DNA of 64,000 nucleotides from Pseudomonadales bacterium (GTDB lineage Bacteria; Pseudomonadota; Gammaproteobacteria; Pseudomonadales; GM7GCV1): NCBI GenBank assembly GCA_965204215.1, contig CBDBDZ010000001.1, positions 697 to 64,696 of the forward strand, read 5' to 3'. Shown piece by piece: positions 23,462 to 33,653 of this stretch (position 1 is its first letter; each line of letters starts with the position of its first letter). The notes under the pieces were generated by a model. It saw only the letters and a program-made list of their open reading frames with translations, ran no database searches and was not told where the DNA came from. The position numbers and the translations under genes were made by a program.

Positions 23462-23551
23462 ATGGAGCAATCACTTGAACAGCTTCAGGGTGTCGTTGAG
23501 CGGGTGACCTTTCATAACCAAGATAGCGGCTTTTGTGCGCTGCGTGTTAAA
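23462..23551 (+). pseudogene. N-terminal fragment of a RecD2-like helicase, cut by the transposon end
   Basis: MEQSLEQLQGVVERVTFHNQDSGFCALRVK, then the IR GGTTCC. Confidence 0.7.
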
Positions 23552-23645
23552 GGTTCCGATGACATAAGCGCCGGTTTTTACTAATTATTTTGACCGCATT
23601 TTACAGTGCCTTGTGGGTCCATTTCATTAAACCCTGCCTGACTAA

Positions 23646-24059
23646 TTAATGGCCTGGCATTTTTACATTTGGCCGTCCAATTTGCGACAGAGTCTTTATT
23701 TTAGCTTTTTTTGGCTGATTTTTTGGGGGATCAGTATGCCCTCTTCTCTTTTTACACAGAGGAGGTGGCGGGTCCTGTTTATAACGGTCAGTTAAGCGGC
23801 CAATCGCGGTTTCAATGTCACGAGAAGTATAGTTGGAGCTAATAAAGCTAATCCAATCATCGTCAGTTGGATTAGGTTTTCCAATGTTTTTGGCATGTTG
23901 TTTTTTGAGCAAGTCAAACAGTGCCAGGATTGCCATGGTATTTAGATTGTTTTGTGTTTGTTGCACTCGCTCAGCCCGCGCCGCCAATGCTTGTTTTGCC
24001 ATTCTTTCCCACTTGTTATTACCATTATTAGCTGGTGATTTTTCTGCAGCTTTAACCAT
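23646..24059 (-). CDS. Small basic-tailed hypothetical protein, paralog of 26195..26614
   Basis: Shares MAI.AL.D..K......GK.N..DDD.I..I...Y....IE.AI..L..RY.Q; ATG context matches the paralog (ORF track starts at 24089). Confidence 0.75.
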   Translation of the reverse strand: MVKAAEKSPANNGNNKWERMAKQALAARAERVQQTQNNLNTMAILALFDLLKKQHAKNIGKPNPTDDDWISFISSNYTSRDIETAIGRLTDRYKQDPPPPLCKKRRGHTDPPKNQPKKAKIKTLSQIGRPNVKMPGH

Positions 24060-24097
24060 TGTTCTATCCCACTTTTGTTTCGTTAGCACTATGCTAC

Positions 24098-26083
24098 TTA
24101 TTGGAATTGCTGTTTTCTAGCTTCATCTTGTCTAGGATCAGCAGTCGGCTCTGCTGGATCAATATCCATAGCAGGATTAGTTGTATCAGCATGTGCGTCC
24201 ACAGCTGGTAGTCCGGTATTTTCCGCATCAGTAGTCATTTGCGCACTAGCCGTTTGATGTAAAGCTCTGACGCGTTCCAATCGGGTTTCACTCTCCACTA
24301 ATACGGTACATACCTCTGTAAATGCAGTGTTCAAAGCGCTTGCTAGTTCCGCGCCTGTGCCATCGGGCATTTCCAATGCAATAGCATGCATCTCACAGAT
24401 GCGATTATACATTTCAAGTGAATCTTGCTGCATTTTTTGTGCTTCTTCAATCGATAAGGCAGTTTGCAAGGTGGCTGTTACAGCAGCATTACTTGTTGCA
24501 TTAGTAGCAGTTACTGCATCAACAGCAGTACTGGTTTTAGCGACTTTGGCTACTCTCTCCACGCCATCTGGCATGAATAGTTCCTCCAACGGTATTGCAG
24601 CTGCAATCTCTGCCATGTGTTGTTGGTTTGCTGTAGTTAGTTCGGCCTGAGAAGCTGTGACTGAACCTAACGAGCTTTGTGTAGCAGGTGAGTTAGGTGC
24701 TCTCACTGTCGATAAAGCACTTGGATTTAACCGGTCAGCAATCGATTCTGCTTCAGTGCGTACATCATTAGCTTGCGTGCGACGACGCTTTTTACTTTCT
24801 TTGTACTTCTCCATAACCTCTTCTTTAAATATCCGTGCCGCAATAGAAACTATAGCCATGTGAAAAACTCGTTGCCGTGGATCAGGGCTGGCAGTAGCTG
24901 CACGTAGCGATTCTAATGCTCTGTTAACAACTCTTAAGTTGATTTCACGAGTGCCACTGACTTCTTGGGTATATTCTTGCCTGAAGTAAGCCATGGCCGC
25001 TTGTAATAAAGTTCTACCCTGACTGTCGGTAAGTAAGATGCCGTCATAGTTAATCGTTCCTAGTGTTTGAATAAACTCTTCACCAAACAATGGATGTTGT
25101 CTTAACCAGTCAAGTGCATCATGGTTTCCCTTGCCTGATCCTGAGTTAGAGCTGGGTTTAAGTAGCCATAGATTTTGCGGACAATTATGGTATAGCATAT
25201 AAAAATACTTGGTGCCGACCACGGTATTATTTGGTGGCGTTTCAATAAAATAGTCTGTTTTACTTTCGCGGCGAGATTGAATATCAGTATAAACAGCTAG
25301 GCGAAATTTAGGACTTAAATTCATAGCGCGGACCATTTCTAGTTGTCTAGCTAAAATATTCTCAGAAGGTTGTAAGTGATCTGCATGCAAATCTCCTGGG
25401 AGATCAAAGGCAATATCGGCTGGACTTAAAAATTTGGTTATGGTTCTTTCGCGGCCGTCTACCGTCTTTTTTTCTTCCTGAATTTCCGCATGCTCAGACT
25501 TGAATAAATGCAAGCGTGTTGAAACCAAGGTTGGTTTGCCATCTTTTTCAGGACCGTCAAAGAAACCAACAACTTGTGAGCCAGTACCATTCCTAATGGG
25601 ACTTGGCCAGGCTTTGGACTTCCAATTTGTATACGTTGTGCCTGTTCGTTGCCTAGGCGGTAGTGTGTCCTCATCAGGCCAGCTGGCTTGAGTTGGTAAG
25701 TTTAATTTATTGGGAATAATGCCATAAGTTCCAAGTTGAGCTATGAGATTAGTTGCGGTAGATACATGCTCGGCTTTGAAGTATTTAGCTTCTTCTCCCG
25801 CGGGTATTGGATTGGGTGGCATACGATCATTCAAGAGCAATGCAAACAAACGAAAATTCTGTTGAATTGATTTTACGGTATCAGTACTTTGGATGCTGCT
25901 AATATTGGCTTGAAATGCGAGATGCAAGTTAGTTATAGCTTCTAATACTTTTTCCTGATCTAGCTCTTCAAACTGACTGAAAAACTTAGTTAAATCAGCA
26001 TCTAAGTCATCAACCAAGTCTGTGTCGAACCCATAGCTAGGTGGGTTATGAGTTAGATTTTCTAGTTTTAGTTGTTCTGGCAC
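24098..26083 (-). CDS. Putative HNH-like nuclease effector with low-complexity/helical C-terminus
   Basis: HADHLQP ... YHNCPQNLWLL...SN....K pattern; KESKKRRR basic stretch; GGGGG RBS before GTG. Confidence 0.65.
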   Translation of the reverse strand: MPEQLKLENLTHNPPSYGFDTDLVDDLDADLTKFFSQFEELDQEKVLEAITNLHLAFQANISSIQSTDTVKSIQQNFRLFALLLNDRMPPNPIPAGEEAKYFKAEHVSTATNLIAQLGTYGIIPNKLNLPTQASWPDEDTLPPRQRTGTTYTNWKSKAWPSPIRNGTGSQVVGFFDGPEKDGKPTLVSTRLHLFKSEHAEIQEEKKTVDGRERTITKFLSPADIAFDLPGDLHADHLQPSENILARQLEMVRAMNLSPKFRLAVYTDIQSRRESKTDYFIETPPNNTVVGTKYFYMLYHNCPQNLWLLKPSSNSGSGKGNHDALDWLRQHPLFGEEFIQTLGTINYDGILLTDSQGRTLLQAAMAYFRQEYTQEVSGTREINLRVVNRALESLRAATASPDPRQRVFHMAIVSIAARIFKEEVMEKYKESKKRRRTQANDVRTEAESIADRLNPSALSTVRAPNSPATQSSLGSVTASQAELTTANQQHMAEIAAAIPLEELFMPDGVERVAKVAKTSTAVDAVTATNATSNAAVTATLQTALSIEEAQKMQQDSLEMYNRICEMHAIALEMPDGTGAELASALNTAFTEVCTVLVESETRLERVRALHQTASAQMTTDAENTGLPAVDAHADTTNPAMDIDPAEPTADPRQDEARKQQFQ

Positions 26084-26194
26084 GCTATCCCCCTAATTTT
26101 AGCCTAAAGATAATGCCTTATTTAAGTATAGCAGAGGACTTAATACAGAAAGCTAAGCAGGCCAACTTTATTGTGGTGCAGTAAAAAGCGGCGC

Positions 26195-26614
26195 TTACTT
26201 AATTTTGGGGCGAGCCGGGGGCATCATCACTGATGGGTTACTGTTATGTCCAACAACAGTGTGATTCTGAGTTATCATGGTCTTGTGTAATCCAAATATG
26301 CCAGCATTACGCGCGAGTGCGTTACCTTGGTCATGTCTATGGCTTTGGTGAAGGCCCTGTCTATAGCGTGCTTCAAGGAGAGAAATTGCACCTTCAATTT
26401 GTTGATGGCTATATTGAGCAACAATACGCTGAATGCAATCGTCATCAGATAAATTGCTTTTTCCTTCAGTGCGAGTAGCGTCTTGCTTAACTTTGTCAAT
26501 TAAAGCACGTATGGCCATTACTCTGATGCTTGTATCTCTCGCTTGCCTATCAGCAACTGCCGCAGCCTGCAATTCAGCTACTTTACTGTTTCCACTATCG
26601 CCGTCTATACCCAT
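26195..26614 (-). CDS. Small hypothetical protein, paralog of 23646..24059
   Basis: 139-aa ORF with the shared helical motif; ends PPARPKIK. Confidence 0.75.
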   Translation of the reverse strand: MGIDGDSGNSKVAELQAAAVADRQARDTSIRVMAIRALIDKVKQDATRTEGKSNLSDDDCIQRIVAQYSHQQIEGAISLLEARYRQGLHQSHRHDQGNALARNAGIFGLHKTMITQNHTVVGHNSNPSVMMPPARPKIK

Positions 26615-26715
26615 GGTTTTATCTCACTGTGATTTTCCTAAGTCATTTTTTATTTTGTTATTCTCGACCTGAACCGCTCCATTGTACATCTTATATCCAT
26701 TAGTTTGCAAGTTTA

Positions 26716-28147
26716 AGTCTCTTCCAACGCAACATGAGTCTGAAATGATACCCAGTTTCTAACGCAAGATGAGACTGAAATCATGCCCTGATCGTTCATG
26801 ATTCAGGAATGAACATTATTATGAACGATACCAATCTACAGGCCCTGGAGCAGGTTGACCATTTTTTGACTGGGACCGCGGCAGTAAATTTTAAGGCACC
26901 CTCTCGAATTGAAAGCTATCGCTGGATTGCTAAAATGTTGAAACGATTTGGCTACCACCACTTATGCAAAAAAGAGAAGGGTTTGATTTGCCGCTACATC
27001 GAGCAAGTAACCGGTTATTCTCGCCAGCAAGTAGCACGATTGATTGCTCAGCATCGGGAAACGGGCTGGGTTGGTAATCGCCAGCGGCAACCTCGGCATT
27101 GCTTTGCTAGACTCTATACACGAGCTGATATTACCCTTTTGGCAGAAACAGATACATGGCATCAAACATTAAGCGGACCAGCGACAAAAAAAATATTTGA
27201 ACGTGCATTTAACCTTTTTCATGACACGTGCTATGAACGATTAGCCGCTATTTCTGTTGCGCATATCTACAATTTGAGACGCAGTACCACTTATTGCAAC
27301 CAGCGACGAAACTTTACTAAGACAAAACGTAGTCCTGTTGCAATTGGTGAACGACGTAAACCACGACCACAAGGGCAGCCCGGGTTCATACGCATTGACA
27401 CCGTCCATCAAGGCGATGAGGACGGTATAAAAGGCGTTTATCATATTAATGCTGTTGATGAGGTAACCCAAATGGAAATGATTTGTGCTGTTGAGAAGAT
27501 CAGCGAACGTTACCTGATCCCTGTCTTGGAGAAAATAATTGATTTGTTTCCATTTAAAATTCAATCGATACATGCAGATAATGGCTCAGAATATATTAAT
27601 CATCAAGTTGCCGATTTATTACAAAAGCTTTTTATCGAATTAACCAAATCACGCCCAAGGCATAGTAATGATAACGCGCTGGCAGAAAGTAAAAATGGTT
27701 CGGTAATCCGTAAAATTCTGGGCTACGTCCATATCCAGCAATATTTTGCGCCGATGATTACAGAATTTTATGACGCATACTTAAATCCATACATCAATTT
27801 CCATAGGCCATGCTACTTTGCTGTAACTGTGACTGATAACAAAGGTAAGCAGAAAAAAACTTACCCCTATGAAGCGATTATGACACCCTACGATAAACTC
27901 AAGTCACTGCCCAATGCCGATCAATATCTCAAGGATGGTATGACGTTTGCTAAGCTTGATGAATTGGCGTATCTTAAAACCGATCAACAAGCAGCTCGTG
28001 AAATGCATCAAGCACGAAAAGCGTTATTTGATCAAATAATGGCGATCCAGAAAACAAAGAATGCACGGATCAAATAGGCTTAATACTGAACATCAGGGTG
28101 ACTGTTCGTTTACTGATTTCAGACTCATGTTTAGATTAGAAAATACT
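26716..28147 (+). mobile_element. ISNCY-like element (1432 bp), copy 2, nested in the transposon
   Basis: Same ends as copy 1; TSD GTTTA. Confidence 0.88.
26809..28077 (+). CDS. DDE (rve) transposase
   Basis: Near-identical to 13688..14956. Confidence 0.92.
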   Translation: MNIIMNDTNLQALEQVDHFLTGTAAVNFKAPSRIESYRWIAKMLKRFGYHHLCKKEKGLICRYIEQVTGYSRQQVARLIAQHRETGWVGNRQRQPRHCFARLYTRADITLLAETDTWHQTLSGPATKKIFERAFNLFHDTCYERLAAISVAHIYNLRRSTTYCNQRRNFTKTKRSPVAIGERRKPRPQGQPGFIRIDTVHQGDEDGIKGVYHINAVDEVTQMEMICAVEKISERYLIPVLEKIIDLFPFKIQSIHADNGSEYINHQVADLLQKLFIELTKSRPRHSNDNALAESKNGSVIRKILGYVHIQQYFAPMITEFYDAYLNPYINFHRPCYFAVTVTDNKGKQKKTYPYEAIMTPYDKLKSLPNADQYLKDGMTFAKLDELAYLKTDQQAAREMHQARKALFDQIMAIQKTKNARIK

Positions 28148-28348
28148 GTTTAGTATTGCGCAGGAGTAATAGAAAAGCGACATTAGGCACTATAGGGTGA
28201 TTTGGCATAAGCGCCGAGATCTGTCACTTACAGATTTGCGGTGCTGAGAAGGCCGGCATAATCAATAATTTCATAGTAATCTTATTCTACGTAGTGATGT
28301 TTTATGGTAGAGTAGGGCTTTCATGGACAATGAAGGGCCACAATAGGT

Positions 28349-28891
28349 GTGTCAAAACCAGAACAACTCATCAATAAAGTTGCAATTATTGAACAATATA
28401 TCATCTGGCTACGCAAAGAAAAAGTCATCCTTGATGCTGACTTAGCCAAATTGTACGACGTTGAAACAAAAGCCATTATTCAAGCCGTTAAGCGTAATAT
28501 AACGCGTTTTCCTGATGACTTTATGTTCCAGCTTTCCCAGCAGGAATTTGATGACTTGAGGTCACAATCTGTGACCTCAAGTTGGGGTGGCCGCCGCTAT
28601 CCTCCATACGCTTTTACTGAGCAAGGCGTGGCCATGCTTTCTAGCGTACTACGCAGTCAGCGCGCTATCAATGTTAATATTGAAATTATGCGTGCGTTTG
28701 TGAAGTTGCGGCGCTTGCTAGAATCCAATAAGCAGCTTAAGGCACAGCTGGATCAACTCGAGCAAAAATATGATGACCAATTTAAAATTGTTTTTGAAGC
28801 CATACGTCAATTGATGGCAACGCCGGAGGCCAGTAATAAACGCCCCATTGGTTTCACGCCATGGCCTGAAGAGGCAACAGAAGCTGAATGA
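28349..28891 (+). CDS. ORF6N-domain DNA-binding protein
   Basis: [15 protein letters not shown]...VKRNI.RFP.DFMFQL...[16 protein letters not shown]. Confidence 0.9.
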   Translation: MSKPEQLINKVAIIEQYIIWLRKEKVILDADLAKLYDVETKAIIQAVKRNITRFPDDFMFQLSQQEFDDLRSQSVTSSWGGRRYPPYAFTEQGVAMLSSVLRSQRAINVNIEIMRAFVKLRRLLESNKQLKAQLDQLEQKYDDQFKIVFEAIRQLMATPEASNKRPIGFTPWPEEATEAE

Positions 28892-30120
28892 GTAAAAGCA
28901 AGCAATCAGAAGTAATTGCCCCGCTCTTTTTATCCATTAACGATAGTGAAGCACTTGGTCAAGCGATTATAACCTTTGTTAGTGATGATTATAATAAAGC
29001 ATTGGGCCAATCATTATTAAATGCAAAAAACGATGCTGAAGCAATATCATCTTTTCTCAGTGAATTTAGAGATTCGCCACTAACACTGCAATCCTACGCT
29101 AAAGAAATTGAGCGATTGTTGCTTTGGTGTATACACGTTGCCAAAAAAAATGTCTCAAGCCTGCGCCGGAATGATTTAGTTGAGTATCAAGCATTTTTGA
29201 AGCAACCTATACCCAAAAAATTATGGGTTGGTCCCAAGGTTGCTCGTCAACTTAAAGATGGCACAATTAATCCCAAATGGCGCCCTTTTGGAAAAGGACT
29301 TGGCTCAAGCTCAATTAATAAAGCAGTCACCATACTTGATTCCTTTTTTAATTATTTAGTACAAACAAATTATTTAACAGGTAACCCTCTTGCCATTGAA
29401 AGGCGCCGCAAACGTCGCAATAAACAAAAGCCACAATTGATCGATCGCTACTTAGAAGTAGAAGAAATTTTTACGATATTATCGGCGATTGATGACTACC
29501 CTAGTGAAATTGAACAGAAGCAATTTCAGGTGCTTAGGGCTAAATATATCATATTGCTTTTATTTTATACTGGGCTGCGGATTTCAGAAGCTGCTAATCA
29601 TCGAATGGGTAACTTCATTCAACGTCAAGATAACTGGTTTCTAAGGATCACAGGTAAAGGCAAAAAATCGCGAGAGATCCCTGTCCCTGATGATTTACTT
29701 GCGGTCCTAGCTGAATTTCGTTTAAAAGTCGGACTACCCTCCCCTGAGCCAAAATTTCGTGAAAGGACACCGCTTATTCCCATGCAAAATTTAAAGCAAC
29801 CAATTAGCACACGGCGTATTGATCAAATTGTTAAGTGGGCATTTAATTTAGGTGCGGTAGTTTATGAAAAAAATAATGAACCTAGACGTTCATCAAAACT
29901 ACAACAAGCCTCAGCACATTGGTTACGTCACAGCTATGTGACATCATTATTGGACTCTGGTGCACCCTTGAAAGTGGCTCAAGAAAACGCAGGACATAGT
30001 GATGTAGGTACAACCATGCACTATCGGCATATTGCCCAAACAGATAGACATACAGTCACACGCGGACTATCATTGTCACAACTAAAAAATAAGTCAGGTG
30101 ATACGTCATGCCAAGATTGA
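28888..30120 (+). CDS. Tyrosine recombinase (probable transposon resolvase)
   Basis: TGLRISE, GKG.K, SAHWLRH, AGH, TTMHY: full catalytic set; ATGA overlap with ORF6N. Confidence 0.92.
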   Translation: MSKSKQSEVIAPLFLSINDSEALGQAIITFVSDDYNKALGQSLLNAKNDAEAISSFLSEFRDSPLTLQSYAKEIERLLLWCIHVAKKNVSSLRRNDLVEYQAFLKQPIPKKLWVGPKVARQLKDGTINPKWRPFGKGLGSSSINKAVTILDSFFNYLVQTNYLTGNPLAIERRRKRRNKQKPQLIDRYLEVEEIFTILSAIDDYPSEIEQKQFQVLRAKYIILLLFYTGLRISEAANHRMGNFIQRQDNWFLRITGKGKKSREIPVPDDLLAVLAEFRLKVGLPSPEPKFRERTPLIPMQNLKQPISTRRIDQIVKWAFNLGAVVYEKNNEPRRSSKLQQASAHWLRHSYVTSLLDSGAPLKVAQENAGHSDVGTTMHYRHIAQTDRHTVTRGLSLSQLKNKSGDTSCQD

Positions 30121-33100
30121 GTATCCTAAATGATAAAGAGCAAGAAGAGTTTGATAGCCCCCCTTTACTTAGCGTTGACAAGCGTGCTATTTGCTTCGCG
30201 ATGGATGATACTATCGGGAAACAAATTAGACGCTTACATGGACCAACCAACAAAGTTGGTTTTCTATTGCAATATGCCTATTTTAAAGCTAGCCGACGCC
30301 TTTTTATGATTAAAAAATTTCGACTTGAAGATATCAATTATGCCGCAAGATTATTGGGTATCTCTTATAACCACGTCAAAATCGAAAACTACAAAGGTAC
30401 GGTGCTGGTAAACCATCAAATTAAAATTCTTGATATTTTTAGCTGCAAGCCATTTGAGTCACAAGCAACTTGGATTAACAAGGAAATAAGCACTAGAGTT
30501 GAGCGATTTATCGAGCCCAGAGAATTATTTTTTGATCTGCTACATTACTTGCATAACCATAACATTGAGATACCATCTTATCATGCACTAGTCGATCGCA
30601 TTACTGAGCATTATATCAATCATGAATCAATGTTGCTTGAGAAGTTAGATTTAACTATTACTGATGAGCAAAAAATTGCATTAGGATCGCTGCTAGAAAC
30701 ATCAGAAAAAAACACATCGGCTGTCTTGAGCCAATACCGCACAATCAATCAGTCACTACAACCCAAAAATATAAAAGCAAGCTTGTCCGTATTTTGTAAG
30801 CTTAGCGATATATTTCATGCGGTTTTGCCTGTCAAAGATGCGTTGGCGTTAACGCCACAAGCCTGCGAATATTATGCAACATGGGTGAAAAAAGCCAAGC
30901 TATCTCAAATCAAGCAAATAACTGATCAAAGGAAGTTATATTTATATTTGATTGCTTTCATACAACATCAATATTTTCTACGACAAGACATGTTTGTTGA
31001 TATTTTTCTAAGATCAGTGCGCTCAGCAAAAAATGCTGCTGCCCGACTGTTACAAGAAACTGAGAAGCTCACGCGAGGTGAACGGAAAACAGCTATAAAA
31101 CATTTGACCAAAACTAGGCATAACTACCGTAATTTGATTGATGAGATCACAGTGATAACAAAATCAGAAAATTTATCTGATTCAGATAAAATCCAACAGA
31201 TATCAAAGTTACTTGATGAACACCAGCAACTGGAAGATGAAAAGCAGAAAGATAAAATAGCTAAGTTGGAAAAGTCATTAGATGACATTGTAAAAGATAA
31301 AAATTTCTTTGAAGCGCTGGAAAAGCAATCAGTTAAATTACAGAATCGAGTTTCTGACATAGTAAAAACATTGGAGTTTAACCCAAGCTATTCTGATCAA
31401 ACGCTAATTTCAGCGATAAAGTATTTTAAGAAAATCAATGATCAAAATGCCAGCAAAGCGCCTGATGAGTTCTTAACCCAAGATGAAAAAGAGGCTATCA
31501 TTAACGAACAAGGAAAATTTAAACTATCTCTATACAAGATTTTGTTTTTTATGCATACGGCAGATGCAATTAAATCAGGACAGTTAAACCTAAAACACTC
31601 TTATCGTTATTTATCAATTCAGGATTACTTAATCGAAAAAGAAGACTGGGATGCACAAAGATCTGATCTGCTAAGGCTTGCAGGATTAGAGCATTTTTCG
31701 GAACATATTGATGTGTTAGCAAAGCTTAAAGCAATCTTAGGTGAGAAGTATCACTCTGTTAATCGGAAGATCATCGGCGGGCTAAATCCACACATATCTT
31801 TTAATGAAGAGAAAAATAATCGTTTCCACCGCTGCGAGCCATGGAAGGGCCGAATGGCCCGATGGCGAGTAGTCCGCGGTAGCCGGCGATTTTCTGCAGA
31901 GCGCAGCGAGTGCAAGAAAATCTTTATGCCGGCGTAGAGTCATGCGAGAGCCGGTGCGCAGTGTGCGAAGTACACGTAGCGCCGGTGACGCGGACGGCCG
32001 CGGCATGATAGAGTCGTCGCGCTAGAGCGAACGGCGCTGAGGGGTCACGACGGCCGAAGCGCATCCGGAGCAGCGCGACACGCTTGATTATTACACCTGC
32101 AATAGATGAGAAAGAGTCTAGCTACATTTCCGATTTCTTAGACCAAGTAAAATATATTCCAATTATCCAACTACTTTCTGACATTGACCAAATTACAAAA
32201 TTCTCAAAGTCGTTCAAACATCATGCTATTAAACATGTTAAAAACAGGCCTGATAAAAACGTATTTCTTGCGAGTGTTATAGGGTTAGGCTGCAACATTG
32301 GCATCAATAAGATGGCGCAGATCTCTGAGGGTATAAATCAAAATACAATGACTAACACAGTAAATTGGTACTTTAGTCAAAAAAACATAAACGATGCTAA
32401 TGAGAAAATACGACAGTTCATTAGTGAGCTTAGTCTTCCACTAGTGTTTAAGAGCGAACTTTATCACGGTTCAAGCGATGGTAGGAAAGTTGGCGTTTCA
32501 GTTGATTGTTTGTTGGCAAATTACTCTTTTAAATACTTCGGGAAGGACAAAGGTGTTAGTGTTTATAATTTTATTGACGATAGGCAAGTATTATTCCATC
32601 ATAATGTCATGAGCGCATCAGAACGAGAAGCTGCATATGTTATTGATGGATTAAACAACATGAATGCAGAAAAAATCGATATTCACTCTACAGATACACA
32701 CGGATTCAGTGAATTAGTTTTTGCAACAACTCATTTTCTTGACGTAAGCTTTGCTCCCCGAATAAAAAATATAGGAAAACAACGTATTTACGCATTTTCA
32801 AGTAAAGAAACTTACCAAAACCTTGGCTATCAAGTGCTACCTAGTCGAACCATTAATCAAAAATTGATAATTAGTCACTGGGAAGCTATCTTACGATTTA
32901 TGGCAACTATACGGTTAAATAAAGTTAGTGCCTCACAACTATTTAAGCGATTAAGTTCTTATGCGAAAGATAACCCTCTTTATAAGGCAATCAAAGAATT
33001 TGGTCGTATTATTAAATCGTTGTTTATTCTCACCTACTTAGATGATGTTAAATTACGTCAGCGCATAGAAAAACAACTGAATCGTGTTGAGTCGTCAAAT

Positions 33101-33415
33101 AAATTTTCTAGGGCAATATTCTATGCTAATAATGGTGAGTTCCGGCATGCTGATCCTGAAGAACAGAATATGGCTGAGGGATGTAAAGTTCTGCTACAAA
33201 ATAGTATAGTGTTGTGGAATTATTTATATTTGTCTCAATTATTGACTAACTGTGCCAATGATACGGAACGAGGTGAAATGCTATCTTTGATTAAAGAAAG
33301 TTCAGTTCTTTGTTGGGGACACATTAATTTACATGGAGAATTTGACTTTAAGAGGCGTGCAGCTAATGACACACCCTTTGATCTGAGCAAAATATTATCT
33401 CTCAAGGTCGCTTGA
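30108..33415 (+). pseudogene. tnpA: Tn3-family transposase TnpA interrupted by the 257-bp element
   Basis: Matches intact 53082..56132 apart from the insertion at 31830..32086. Confidence 0.92.
31830..32086 (+). mobile_element. 257-bp GC-rich non-coding insertion element, copy 1
   Basis: CGCTGCGAGCC...ACACGCTTG between TTCCAC and ATTATT; empty site in the second TnpA copy shows no TSD. Confidence 0.93.
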
Positions 33416-33457
33416 TAGCAAAAAGTAGTAAATTCCGGCGCTTATGTCAGCGGAACC

Positions 33458-33507
33458 TATAAGTTAACCATAGACATAAAGGAAGGCGCTTTACACCGGA
33501 CGCTCAC
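33458..33507 (+). mobile_element. Isolated right end of the IS66 element
   Basis: AAGGCGCTTTACACCGGACGCTCAC with internal sequence unlike the left end. Confidence 0.75.
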
Positions 33508-33653
33508 GCAAGTTGCTATTACTGATCGTTATTCAATTTACAATTATTTTGATTCAAGCCGACATCAATTTTGCTGGGCACATTTGAAACGCGATTTTGT
33601 CAGAATATCCGAGCGAAAAGAAGTCATTGGTAAGCGACTAGGCTCTGAATTAC

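Larger units (their letters stand above)
23552..33457 (+). mobile_element. Tn3-family transposon with tyrosine resolvase and cargo cassette, copy 1
   Basis: IRs GGTTCCGATGACATAAGCGCCGGTTTTTACTA / GGTTCCGCTGACATAAGCGCCGGAATTTACTA; repeated inverted from 53040. Confidence 0.85.

Noticed and set aside
31946-31990. GAGAGCCGG...CCGGT resembling group II intron domain V
   Set aside because: Wrong length and position, no GUGYG start or AY end, and one copy is antisense to its host gene
31782-32006. Short ORFs (MPRPSAS..., MHSLRSAEN...) overlapping the 257-bp element
   Set aside because: They run into different flanks in each copy; expected from GC-rich sequence with few stops
32036-32062. Hammerhead-like CTGAGG...CGAAG in the 257-bp element
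   Set aside because: Core deviates from CUGANGA/GAAA and stem II does not pair in register
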